From IMG/VR virus record IMGVR_UViG_3300021424_000040, positions 1-55,149 of that record: a stretch of 55,149 bases of DNA; one strand, given 5' to 3'. A program made the position numbers and the translations under genes. Source of the DNA: a virus. Its lineage: Duplodnaviria > Caudoviricetes. The notes under the pieces were generated by a model. The model ran no database searches, had not been told where the DNA came from, and was given only the letters and a program-made list of their open reading frames with translations. The number at the start of each line of letters is the position of its first letter. Position 1 is the first letter of the stretch. This document shows, one piece after another, positions 47,248-55,149 of this stretch.

Positions 47248-48138
47248 TCAAAATGGTTGTGTGTTACGAAATACATATTCTTCCATCAACTTAGTGAGTT
47301 GATGTTGCTGAAAGTATTCTAATGGAACTTTCCTTTCGTTGCTATTTAGTGCTTTGTAATACGATACAATCTCGGTAGCCAGATTTTCTGGAATACATGT
47401 AAGATCAATAAGTTTTTTATTCCTCATGTAGTTTGATTTTTCTTCAGGAGTTTTACAGAAATCCCATGGATCTTGTTTTACCCATCTTTCTAAGTTTTTC
47501 TTACTTATAGGTTTCTGTCTCTTACCTACCACAAATGTATCAGCATCAGATAGGAAGTTAGGTATGCCATCTGACTTATCTCCTTTAATGATATGCTCTC
47601 TGGCATATGCTTTAGGGTCTGCATGTTTAATCTCCTTCTTAAGAATAGGATTATATTGCTTTACAAAAGGATACTTCTGTAGTTGAATAAAATCTTTATC
47701 TCCCGAAAGAATCAGAACCTCTTCTGGTTGCCTACCTTCTTTTTCAAGTTTGATATTTCGATACGATTGATAAGTAGTAAGAGTGCTGATAACATCATCT
47801 GCTTCAGCGCCATATATTTCAACAACCTTGTATGGAAAATAGGTTTTGATTTCATCGCGTATCTTATTCAGAACTTCGAAGATAGCATTCCAATCTAGGT
47901 CGGATGCTTCTCGGTCTTTCTTTCTATTCTGTTTGTAATAAGGAAATGCTTCCTTGCGCCAATAGTGCTTACTATCATAGGCTAGAACAACCTCACCATA
48001 CTTAGGAGAGTATTGTTTTTCAAAATTACGAAGGGCAGTAAGCACCATATGTCGAACAAGGTTTTCATTTAATGCATCACCTTTCAGTTGCATCATCAGA
48101 TTACTAATCATAATCTGATTCATATCAATTAGAATCAT
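47248..48138 (-). CDS. rnh: T4-type RNase H (5'-3' exonuclease)
   Basis: 'MILIDMNQ', 'YWRK..FPYYK.NRK', 'EADDVI', 'SGDKDFIQL' and 'GDKSDGIPN'. Confidence 0.93.
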   Translation of the reverse strand: MILIDMNQIMISNLMMQLKGDALNENLVRHMVLTALRNFEKQYSPKYGEVVLAYDSKHYWRKEAFPYYKQNRKKDREASDLDWNAIFEVLNKIRDEIKTYFPYKVVEIYGAEADDVISTLTTYQSYRNIKLEKEGRQPEEVLILSGDKDFIQLQKYPFVKQYNPILKKEIKHADPKAYAREHIIKGDKSDGIPNFLSDADTFVVGKRQKPISKKNLERWVKQDPWDFCKTPEEKSNYMRNKKLIDLTCIPENLATEIVSYYKALNSNERKVPLEYFQQHQLTKLMEEYVFRNTQPF

Positions 48139-48381
48139 TTAGTCCTCGTCGTTGTACTCCTCAAAATCTTCAGAATTCTCAAAGCGAACTGCTACAATCT
48201 CATCAGGAATCAGTTGACCGTTCTCATCAAACATTTCAGGATGCATTGGTTGAATCCTGTTTTTGTCTAGAAATGCATAGATGATGTCGTTACCGAACCA
48301 TCCAGCAATGAAACCGATAGCGAATGAACCGATGATGCCTATTCCACTAAAGAATAGAATGTATGGTGTTGCTGACTCCAT
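48139..48381 (-). CDS. small membrane protein (DUF2973-like)
   Basis: TM helix followed by 'HPEMFDENG...DEIVAVRF'; likely start MESATP with a GGGAG SD. Confidence 0.7.
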   Translation of the reverse strand: MESATPYILFFSGIGIIGSFAIGFIAGWFGNDIIYAFLDKNRIQPMHPEMFDENGQLIPDEIVAVRFENSEDFEEYNDED

Positions 48382-48382
48382 T

Positions 48383-48520
48383 TTACTGCTCCCTTGTTGG
48401 TTTGTCAACCTCCCAAGTGAACTCCAAATTGAAATGGAATGTCTTGCGTAGGAGGTTGAATGTTTTACTCAGTTGTAATCCATGTCTAGGTTTGACTTTA
48501 TCAACCCTCCTACGCAGCAT
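48383..48520 (-). CDS. small basic hypothetical protein
   Basis: The likely start is MLRRR at 48520; AATAAATA late-type box upstream. Confidence 0.5.
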   Translation of the reverse strand: MLRRRVDKVKPRHGLQLSKTFNLLRKTFHFNLEFTWEVDKPTREQ

Positions 48521-48533
48521 GAATTCTATACCT

Positions 48534-48917
48534 TTATTTATTTGAGGTTGTGACCGTCTTCTTCTTGTTCTTGCTCCCAGGTTTTCTTCCTCTGCGTTTT
48601 GATTGCTCATACTTATTAGCATCCTCCATAATATTAGAAAGATAATCTTTTATTTTTCGAGCTCTAGGTTTACTTATCCACCCGTATGCTTCTCTAACAA
48701 AAGATGCAGAATCTCCACCCGTTAAATATAAATCAAGTTCTTCCACTTGATCTTTGATAGAAATAAACAACGTAGAGTTGATGAAAGATAGCACTTGTTC
48801 TCTTTTCAAATCTTGAGATTTCAAATACTCATAAAAATTTAACTGATACTTTTCTTCAAAGAAAGCACGTTCGATTTCTATATTTACTACGTCGTAAATA
48901 TCTTCGAGAAAAATCAT
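48534..48917 (-). CDS. conserved cyanophage-type hypothetical protein
   Basis: 'REAYGWISKPRARKIKDYL...RGRKPGSKNK'. Confidence 0.8.
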   Translation of the reverse strand: MIFLEDIYDVVNIEIERAFFEEKYQLNFYEYLKSQDLKREQVLSFINSTLFISIKDQVEELDLYLTGGDSASFVREAYGWISKPRARKIKDYLSNIMEDANKYEQSKRRGRKPGSKNKKKTVTTSNK

Positions 48918-48918
48918 G

Positions 48919-49173
48919 TCACTTCTTCTTGTTACTAGATACCAATCCTTCCTTCACAAAAAGTCTAACAGTATCTACCAGTCCACCGACAGGAACATCA
49001 TCAATAACCACAAACGGAAAACCTGGAACATTTGGAAAAGAAGATAAGAAATCCTTTTTACTCATAGTTACGTTAACAACAATCTCTTCGTATTCAACTT
49101 CAGCTCTCCTAAAAAGTTCTTTTAAATGACTACAGGAAGGACATCCTCTTAATGTATAAGCCTGGATTTTCAT
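48919..49173 (-). CDS. nrdC: glutaredoxin
   Basis: CxxC 'GCPSC', 'FPFVVID' and 'VGG'. Confidence 0.85.
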   Translation of the reverse strand: MKIQAYTLRGCPSCSHLKELFRRAEVEYEEIVVNVTMSKKDFLSSFPNVPGFPFVVIDDVPVGGLVDTVRLFVKEGLVSSNKKK

Positions 49174-49174
49174 A

Positions 49175-49525
49175 TTAAATACCTCTATGAATAACTGTAA
49201 ATATTGGTTCTTTAGATTCTAGCACATCCGCCATGAATCTACAAGCAACATCTGGTGCCGTGTGATCGCCACAAGTGAAGATATCTACCGCAGCATACCT
49301 CTTTTCAGGCCAGGTATGAATGCTAATATGACTTTCTGATAACAGGCAAACAGCGGTGATTCCCTGTGGCGTAAACTCATACTTAACTTCTTCAATCAAT
49401 GTTGCGTTAGCATGTTCTACTGCTTGCCTAAGGGAAGTGCTAATAAAATGCGAATCGTTTAAAAGGTCTGCATTACATTCACATAACTCTGCGATATGAT
49501 GCACACCTAGCACTTCTTTGACCAT
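49175..49525 (-). CDS. speD: pyruvoyl-dependent S-adenosylmethionine decarboxylase proenzyme
   Basis: 'FTPQGIT...LLSESHISIHTWPE..YAAVDIFTCG' (E/SH cleavage site). The likely start is ATG 49525 with a GGAG SD. Confidence 0.92.
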   Translation of the reverse strand: MVKEVLGVHHIAELCECNADLLNDSHFISTSLRQAVEHANATLIEEVKYEFTPQGITAVCLLSESHISIHTWPEKRYAAVDIFTCGDHTAPDVACRFMADVLESKEPIFTVIHRGI

Positions 49526-49549
49526 CAATGTAACTCCAATGTCGTTCAA

Positions 49550-49584
49550 TATTTATCCAATAAAAAAGGGGGATTGCTCCCCCC
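49550..49584 (-). terminator. psbA terminator followed by a late-promoter variant
   Basis: GGGGGA-GCAA-TCCCCC-TTTTTT, then GATAAATA (49557-49550). Confidence 0.85.
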
Positions 49585-49608
49585 AGTTTATCAGTTGTAA
49601 CTGAAGTG

Positions 49609-50691
49609 TCAACCGATTGCAGGTGCGGTGAGAGCAACAGGAGTTGCATCAGCAGCAGCAAGATCAAGAGGGAAGTTGTGAGCGTTGCGCTCGTGCATCA
49701 CTTCCATACCAAGACCACCACGATTCAAGATGTCTGCCCAAGTTGGGATGACACGATTGGAACTATCAACGATTGATTGGTTGAAGTTGAATCCGTTGAG
49801 GTTGAATGCCATGGTGCTAACACCAAGAGCAGTAAACCAGATACCGACAACAGGCCAAGCAGCAAGGAAGAAGTGCAGTGAACGTGAGTTGTTGAACGAT
49901 GCATACTGGAAGATCAGACGACCAAAGTAACCGTGAGCAGCTACAATGTTGTATGTTTCTTCTTCTTGTCCAAACTTGTATCCGTAGTTCTGGGATTCGT
50001 TCTCTGTGGTTTCACGAACGAGGGAACTTGTGACCAAAGATCCATGCATAGCAGAGAAAAGAGAACCGCCAAATACACCAGCCACCCCAAGCATATGGAA
50101 GGGGTGCATGAGGATGTTATGCTCCGCCTGAAAAACAAGCATGTAGTTAAATGTTCCACTAATGCCGAGCGGCATGGCATCAGAGAAGGAACCTTGTCCA
50201 AAGGGATACACGAGGAAAACTGCAGAAGCAGCAGCAACGGGTGCGCTGTAGGCAACACAAATCCAAGGACGCATACCCAGTCGGTAAGAGAGTTCCCATT
50301 CACGACCCATGTAGGCATAGATACCGATTAGAAAGTGGAAGACGACCAGTTGAAATGGTCCACCATTATATAGCCACTCATCGAGTGAAGCGGCTTCCCA
50401 GATGGGATAGAAGTGCAGTCCAATAGCATTGGACGATGGGACAACAGCACCAGAGATGATGTTGTTTCCATACATAAGAGAACCAGCGACGGGCTCACGG
50501 ATGCCGTCAATATCCACGGGGGGTGCGGCGATGAAGGCGACGATGAAGCAGATGGTTGCTGCAAGCAGGGTGGGAATCATAAGAGTTCCAAACCAACCGA
50601 CATACAAACGATTGTCGGTAGAGGTAACCCACTCGCAGAAGTTTTGCCAAATGTTTTCACCACCGCGACGTGTTGCGATAGTTGCAGTCAT
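49609..50691 (-). CDS. psbA: photosystem II D1 protein
   Basis: Full-length D1 from 'NRLYVGWFG' to '[14 protein letters not shown]'; no intron. Confidence 0.99.
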   Translation of the reverse strand: MTATIATRRGGENIWQNFCEWVTSTDNRLYVGWFGTLMIPTLLAATICFIVAFIAAPPVDIDGIREPVAGSLMYGNNIISGAVVPSSNAIGLHFYPIWEAASLDEWLYNGGPFQLVVFHFLIGIYAYMGREWELSYRLGMRPWICVAYSAPVAAASAVFLVYPFGQGSFSDAMPLGISGTFNYMLVFQAEHNILMHPFHMLGVAGVFGGSLFSAMHGSLVTSSLVRETTENESQNYGYKFGQEEETYNIVAAHGYFGRLIFQYASFNNSRSLHFFLAAWPVVGIWFTALGVSTMAFNLNGFNFNQSIVDSSNRVIPTWADILNRGGLGMEVMHERNAHNFPLDLAAADATPVALTAPAIG

Positions 50692-50751
50692 TGAAAATAC
50701 TCCGAGTAGTTGAGAAAGTATTGTTAAGGAATGTTTCGTTTCCTTAACATT

Positions 50752-50785
50752 TATTTATAGTAGCACGGTTCCCCGTACCTGTCAA
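50752..50785 (-). promoter_or_regulatory. overlapping sigma70 and late promoters of psbA
   Basis: TTGACA (50785-80)-17 nt-TACTAT (50762-57), overlapping TATAAATA (50759-52). Confidence 0.85.
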
Positions 50786-50804
50786 GCCCCCTGACAGCAC
50801 CATT

Positions 50805-50821
50805 TATAAATAACATAAATA
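50805..50821 (+). promoter_or_regulatory. tandem late promoters
   Basis: TATAAATA (50805-12) and CATAAATA (50814-21) upstream of the 878-aa gene. Confidence 0.8.
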
Positions 50822-50845
50822 GAAAACTTTTCACGGCGTCGTGTA

Positions 50846-53482
50846 ATGGCAAATCGCTTTCCGTTAATTGGTAACTCTGTCACTAAAAGATTAGAAGAAC
50901 TGGCAACAGGGGACAACTTAAATCTGTCTCAAAGTGGCATTTATGATGGTGTTGGAGTAGGTAATGAGGGTCAGATACTTTATTCTACTGGTGATGGTGT
51001 TGAGTGGGCAAATGTCCCCGCAGAAATAGATACAACATATTCCATAGGTGCAGAAGATGGCACTGATGGGAAAAAAATTATTAGATTAACAGACGTAAAC
51101 TTGGTTACGGATGATGTTACATTAGTTCCTGGAACAAATATTTCATTAAGTAGAAGCAACGATGAAATAACAATCAATGCTACTTACATCGATAACGATA
51201 CTATCACCAGTATTAAAGGCGGTTCAGCAGGTAGCTTTGTCACTGGAGATGTAACTATTTCTCCATCTGGTTCGGTTTTCATTACTCAAGCAGGCAATAC
51301 TATCACTATTGGTGCTTCAGATACCAACACCATTACTAGATTGAAGGGTGGTTCTTCTGGTTCATTTGTTACTGGGGATGTTACTATCACTGCATCTGGT
51401 GCTTCATCGGCTTCTCAAGCAGGAAATACGATTAACATCATAAGCACAGATACAATAACAAGAATCAAAGGAGGAGCATCTGGGTCTTTCACTACTGGAG
51501 ATGTAACATTTACTGGAGGAGCAGCAACTACAGTATCGCAAAACGGTCAAACTGTTACAGTATCATCCCCCAATACAACTTATGGATTGAATGTAGGAAG
51601 CAGTTCAACAACAGTAAAAACTATTACATTAGCTGGTTCTGATAATACCAACGTAGTAGTATCTCTAACTGCTGGTCCTGGTGTTATATTAACAGTTGAC
51701 AATAATGACATTGAGTTTTCGGTAGACGTAACAACTATTAATGTTTCGGACTTAGGGGACACCACAATCACAAACCCAACAAACGGGCAAGTACTAAAAT
51801 ATAGTAGTGATGGATGGATAAATCAAGCAGTAAACTATTCTGAAATATCAAATCTACCAGATTTAAAGACTGTAGCAACTACTGGTTCTTATAGCGACCT
51901 ACTGAATCTACCAGATTTAAAGACTGTAGCAACTACTGGTTCTTATAGCGACCTACTGAATCTACCAGATTTAAAGACTGTAGCAACTACTGGTTCTTAT
52001 AGCGACCTACTGAATCTACCAGACTTGGTAACAGATGCTTCGGACTTAACAGATACAACGGGAAGATTCTTCTCTGGAGATTATGAAGACTTAGACAATA
52101 CTCCAGCATTATCACAGTTAGCAATCAGTGCTGACTATAACGACATTCAAGTTAATAAACCCACTATTCCTCCCGATAGAGAGTATGTAGTATCAGCAGA
52201 AACTGATGTCTCTGGAGCTGCAATAAGATTAAGAGAAATAAATGCACTGGTTGATGATAACCTATTAATCCAATCTGGTTCTGGAATAAACGTAAGTAGA
52301 ATAGACGAAAATACTATCAATATTTCATCTACTATAAGTGGATTGCCTAGCGGTCTAACTGCAACTGCATCGTCTTTGGTTTTTGAAGGTGCTACGGTCA
52401 ATACCTTCAAAACTACTTTATCTGTTGTCGATCCTACTGCTAATAGAACTCTAACTTTACCCAACGCAAATGGTACAATTATTATAGATTCCACGAACAA
52501 AACATATGCATCTGATGTAACAGAAACAGATAGTAAGTTTTACGAATCAAAGCTAGGTCTATTGGGTTCAAATACTGGCGCCACAACATATTCGATTATT
52601 GCTGGCACTAAGGGATTAGTTGTAAGTTCCGATGCTGCAGTTGGTGGTCAGCAATCTGCATCACTAGGAAGAGGCATGACTATAACTCCTCCTCCATCTG
52701 TACACATAGGAACCGCTGCTCCATCATGGGCTAAAGATGGAGACCTATGGTATAACAATCAGACGGGAACATTAAGAATATTTGATGAAAGTTTATATCC
52801 TACACCAGATGTTACTGTTGATTATTTCCAAGCAGTAGATCAGGGAGAAGGTAGATTCTTCTGTGATAGAGCTCCACTCATTTATATCCCATTGGAATCT
52901 CAATATGTAGTTGGTCCTGGCATTCCAACAGGAGCATTTGTAAGTAGTAGATTTGATCCACAAACAGGAAATAATGTTGGTTGGTTTAACTTAAATACAA
53001 CAGTCACTAGTAACATACCACACAACGCAACTCTAAGAGTTTATAACTCAAATCCAAATGTAAACATAAACAATATTTGGAGAGTTTTATACGAACAATC
53101 AGACTCTTTACAATCCAGAACAGCAGCAGTGGTAACTACGTCCGCATTAGCGCCCAGTGTTGGGGAAAATGTAACTTTTAATGGATTCAAAACATATTCC
53201 CTCCTAAAAATTCAAACAAATAAAGAAGCTTGGGTTACTTTATACACCAGTGAATCTGCAAGAACTAATGATGCCTCAAGATCAGAAGGTACTTCTGCTC
53301 CAGATAACTCAGGAATCATTTGTGATTTTATTACAGGTGGTGCAGAAACAATAATAGTAACTCCAGTAAAAATAGGATTTACCGAAAATGGCACTACCAA
53401 TATTCCCGCCAGAATCGTAAATAAAACTGGAATAGAACAAACCGTCACAGTAACCATAACTTTGGTAAAACTCGAAGCATAA
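50846..53482 (+). CDS. fibre-like virion structural protein with internal repeats
   Basis: T/S/G-rich beta repeats, 'PTNGQVLKY..DGWIN', 'ATTGSYSDL' repeats and 'GDLWYN'; late promoter upstream. Confidence 0.75.
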   Translation: MANRFPLIGNSVTKRLEELATGDNLNLSQSGIYDGVGVGNEGQILYSTGDGVEWANVPAEIDTTYSIGAEDGTDGKKIIRLTDVNLVTDDVTLVPGTNISLSRSNDEITINATYIDNDTITSIKGGSAGSFVTGDVTISPSGSVFITQAGNTITIGASDTNTITRLKGGSSGSFVTGDVTITASGASSASQAGNTINIISTDTITRIKGGASGSFTTGDVTFTGGAATTVSQNGQTVTVSSPNTTYGLNVGSSSTTVKTITLAGSDNTNVVVSLTAGPGVILTVDNNDIEFSVDVTTINVSDLGDTTITNPTNGQVLKYSSDGWINQAVNYSEISNLPDLKTVATTGSYSDLLNLPDLKTVATTGSYSDLLNLPDLKTVATTGSYSDLLNLPDLVTDASDLTDTTGRFFSGDYEDLDNTPALSQLAISADYNDIQVNKPTIPPDREYVVSAETDVSGAAIRLREINALVDDNLLIQSGSGINVSRIDENTINISSTISGLPSGLTATASSLVFEGATVNTFKTTLSVVDPTANRTLTLPNANGTIIIDSTNKTYASDVTETDSKFYESKLGLLGSNTGATTYSIIAGTKGLVVSSDAAVGGQQSASLGRGMTITPPPSVHIGTAAPSWAKDGDLWYNNQTGTLRIFDESLYPTPDVTVDYFQAVDQGEGRFFCDRAPLIYIPLESQYVVGPGIPTGAFVSSRFDPQTGNNVGWFNLNTTVTSNIPHNATLRVYNSNPNVNINNIWRVLYEQSDSLQSRTAAVVTTSALAPSVGENVTFNGFKTYSLLKIQTNKEAWVTLYTSESARTNDASRSEGTSAPDNSGIICDFITGGAETIIVTPVKIGFTENGTTNIPARIVNKTGIEQTVTVTITLVKLEA
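51851..52023 (+). repeat. perfect 54-bp tandem repeat, 3.2 copies, in frame (NLPDLKTVATTGSYSDLL)
   Basis: Unit aatctaccagatttaaagactgtagcaactactggttcttatagcgacctactg at 51851, 51905 and 51959, with a partial copy at 52013. Confidence 0.97.
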
Positions 53483-53510
53483 AAAAGGGGGGTCTATAGA
53501 CCCCCCTTTA
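53481..53510. terminator. bidirectional rho-independent terminator
   Basis: AAAGGGGGGTC-TATA-GACCCCCCTTT between convergent genes. Confidence 0.88.
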
Positions 53511-53515
53511 AAGTA

Positions 53516-53635
53516 TCACCACACACCAGGAATAATCTGACCAGTAGTGAGGTAAGTGCCAACAGCAATGACGAATCCAAGCATTGCCAGACGTGCGTTG
53601 AGGATCTCTGCCTCAGGGGTGAATCCGAATTTCAT
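53516..53635 (-). CDS. hli: high-light inducible protein (39 aa)
   Basis: Manual translation MKFGFTPEAEILNARLAMLGFVIAVGTYLTTGQIIPGVW (ExxNxR.AM.G and TGQIIPG); AAGGAG SD. Confidence 0.93.
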   Translation of the reverse strand: MKFGFTPEAEILNARLAMLGFVIAVGTYLTTGQIIPGVW

Positions 53636-53832
53636 TTTGTTTCTCCTTGATAAGGGTGTTGTTGTTTGAGTTCAGGGTTTGATTCAGATGAAACCACTTG
53701 TTTAACAGGTTTGATGACAATGAACTTGTCATTCTTTAGGGTGCCTGCAATCTTGACCTCAAGATCAATCTCGCTATCCCACCCAATTTCTTGAAGGGCA
53801 ACACTAAGTTGCCCCAACATTCCAGCACTCAT
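53632..53832 (-). CDS. hypothetical protein in the hli cluster
   Basis: 66-aa ORF coupled at both ends. Confidence 0.75.
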   Translation of the reverse strand: MSAGMLGQLSVALQEIGWDSEIDLEVKIAGTLKNDKFIVIKPVKQVVSSESNPELKQQHPYQGETK

Positions 53833-53918
53833 TAGTATGTTTCAGCGAGTTGCTCTACAGCATAGCATAGAGTAACGAAAAAAGCAACCGAGGTAACGGT
53901 AAAAATAACTTCAGTCAT
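53832..53918 (-). CDS. 28-aa single-TM peptide (MTEVIFTVTSVAFFVTLCYAVEQLAETY)
   Basis: Fills the gap exactly, with TGATG and TAATG translational coupling. Confidence 0.65.
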   Translation of the reverse strand: MTEVIFTVTSVAFFVTLCYAVEQLAETY

Positions 53919-54112
53919 CAGAAGATACCAAAGAAGAGTTTGCCAGTGAGTGAATAAGAAATAGCACCAGCAATAATACCGACCATAGCCCAGCGCCCAT
54001 TGTATTTCTCCTTTACTTGGTTGGGTGTATCCATTCCATAGTTTTCGTAATACATGGTAGGCTCAGTTGCCCACATGTTTTGTTGTCCACGGTCGTTTGT
54101 TGTAACAGTCAT
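53918..54112 (-). CDS. hli: high-light inducible protein (64 aa)
   Basis: 'MTVTT..RGQQNMWATEP.MY' and 'EKYNGRWAMVG...TGKLFFGIF'. Confidence 0.92.
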   Translation of the reverse strand: MTVTTNDRGQQNMWATEPTMYYENYGMDTPNQVKEKYNGRWAMVGIIAGAISYSLTGKLFFGIF

Positions 54113-54136
54113 GTGTTTTGTAACGAATCTTTACAT

Positions 54137-54165
54137 AGTATATAGTATTGTAAAGAGTTTGTCAA
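54137..54165 (-). promoter_or_regulatory. sigma70-type promoter of the hli cluster
   Basis: TTGACA-17 nt-TATACT. Confidence 0.8.
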
Positions 54166-54233
54166 GCCCCATCTGTCAGCAAATGACAATAAGCATTTCC
54201 ACTCATCTAAATAGCTCGTTATACTACACCCAT

Positions 54234-54359
54234 ATGAGGTATATTCATATTTGTTTATTACTTTGGAATGGCAAAACAGAATGGAGAGTTATTCCCTGGG
54301 GAAAAAAACATTTAGATCTTCACAGAAAAGATGGTGACATAATAATGTATAAAGAGTAA
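54234..54359 (+). CDS. small hypothetical protein (41 aa)
   Basis: MRYIHICLLLWNGKTEW... downstream of CTAAATA (54207-13). Confidence 0.45.
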   Translation: MRYIHICLLLWNGKTEWRVIPWGKKHLDLHRKDGDIIMYKE

Positions 54360-54363
54360 ACAC

Positions 54364-54576
54364 ATGTATAACTTATCAAGCAGAGACGTTAATCGTATCA
54401 TCACAGCATGTAAGCATTACGCTTACCACGAAACTGGTAGCGAATGGATGCACGACGAGTATATTAAAATCATCGAAAAACTTTGCACGTATCTTGACCA
54501 AAACTTCGACAAGGATACACAGAAGCCACTTGAGTGTTACATTAATGTAAAGAAAGATGACTCATCTAGTAGTTGA
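54364..54576 (+). CDS. hypothetical protein
   Basis: 70-aa ORF. Confidence 0.7.
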   Translation: MYNLSSRDVNRIITACKHYAYHETGSEWMHDEYIKIIEKLCTYLDQNFDKDTQKPLECYINVKKDDSSSS

Positions 54577-54727
54577 AATCTTAAATAATCCCATCAGTTT
54601 AGGCATTCTCTGTTTTGCCTTGGTAATGTTTCCTATCATAGGTATCGCTAAAATCCATGAGTCACAGAATGAATCAAATACAACCAGAGCATTTAGTAAC
54701 GAAAAAAGAATGTCAGGAGATGATTGA
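54557..54727 (+). CDS. small membrane protein (MTHLVVEILNNPISLGILCFALVMFPIIGIAKIH...)
   Basis: Manual translation; one TM helix; overlaps its neighbours. Confidence 0.5.
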   Translation: MTHLVVEILNNPISLGILCFALVMFPIIGIAKIHESQNESNTTRAFSNEKRMSGDD

Positions 54728-54875
54728 TGCTGCTATACGAAGGCACAATAGGAATGCTTCCATTATTTCTATGTGCGTTGGTTGGCTGGTTCTTGCTTTA
54801 TTTGCTGAAGGATTGCTGAGATTGATTGGCGTCATTCCCCCACTACTACCATGGCTCAACATTACCCTGAAATAA
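54657..54875 (+). CDS. small membrane protein
   Basis: 'ECQEMIDAAIRRHNRNASIISM' followed by a TM helix. Confidence 0.7.
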   Translation: MSHRMNQIQPEHLVTKKECQEMIDAAIRRHNRNASIISMCVGWLVLALFAEGLLRLIGVIPPLLPWLNITLK

Positions 54876-55042
54876 TCGGTATTGCTTTTCTATTGGTCTT
54901 TGCTGCCACGATGTTCTATCAAGGCACAATGATTATGAAAGGATTGAGAGGTTACAGACACTGTGCAAGAGATCAACACGAATCAGAAAATATGCGACGA
55001 AGATTAGAAGAAATGATGAACAAAAAAATAAATGATCACTGA
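54851..55042 (+). CDS. small membrane protein
   Basis: 63-aa ORF with a TM helix. Confidence 0.65.
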   Translation: MAQHYPEIIGIAFLLVFAATMFYQGTMIMKGLRGYRHCARDQHESENMRRRLEEMMNKKINDH

Positions 55043-55149
55043 AGAAGACATAAAAGAATTACAAGAAAGAGTTTTAGATTTAAAAATGATAGAGCTCTTT
55101 GAAGAACCATCCACCTACGAAGACGAAGATTATGGAAATGACAGAATTT
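55032..55149 (+). CDS. acidic hypothetical protein, runs off the window edge
   Basis: MITEEDIKELQERVLDLKMIELFEEPSTYEDEDYG... Confidence 0.6.
   Translation, partial: MITEEDIKELQERVLDLKMIELFEEPSTYEDEDYGNDRI

Noticed and set aside
49609-50691. Group I intron or homing endonuclease in psbA
   Set aside because: The ORF is a continuous full-length D1 and no endonuclease gene flanks it.
51851-52023. 54-bp repeat as a CRISPR array
   Set aside because: The copies are contiguous with no spacers, in frame within a CDS, and no cas genes are nearby.
54120-54134. NtcA binding site upstream of hli
   Set aside because: The spacing is GTA-N9-TAC rather than the required GTA-N8-TAC.

Overview
This window is a 55 kb segment of a T4-like cyanophage (cyanomyovirus), mostly coded on the minus strand. 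From left to right it holds: (1) small accessory ORFs, a GH5-like glycoside hydrolase and a Dam-type methyltransferase; (2) a late operon in which a 3512-aa fibre/structural protein and three tail-collar paralogs are tightly coupled to two 2OG-Fe(II) oxygenases, a tail-fibre chaperone and a flavin-dependent halogenase; (3) three tRNA genes with consensus sigma70 promoters; (4) a baseplate module with split gp5, CP12, a hub protein, three paralogous tape-measure-like proteins (two carrying peptidoglycan hydrolase domains), gp51, gp26, gp54-like, gp4, gp2, gp48 and gp53; (5) gp32, gp33, an exonuclease, PhoH, a DenV-like protein, ThyX, RNase H, glutaredoxin, SpeD and psbA; (6) an oppositely oriented fibre gene with a perfect 54-bp tandem repeat, followed by an hli cluster. 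The most notable observations are a candidate programmed -1 frameshift fusing gp26 to gp51 (lambda G/GT-like), a putative enzymatic tail-fibre tailoring module, and several cis-regulatory RNA elements. All product calls come from motif recognition and synteny by eye; no database searches were run.
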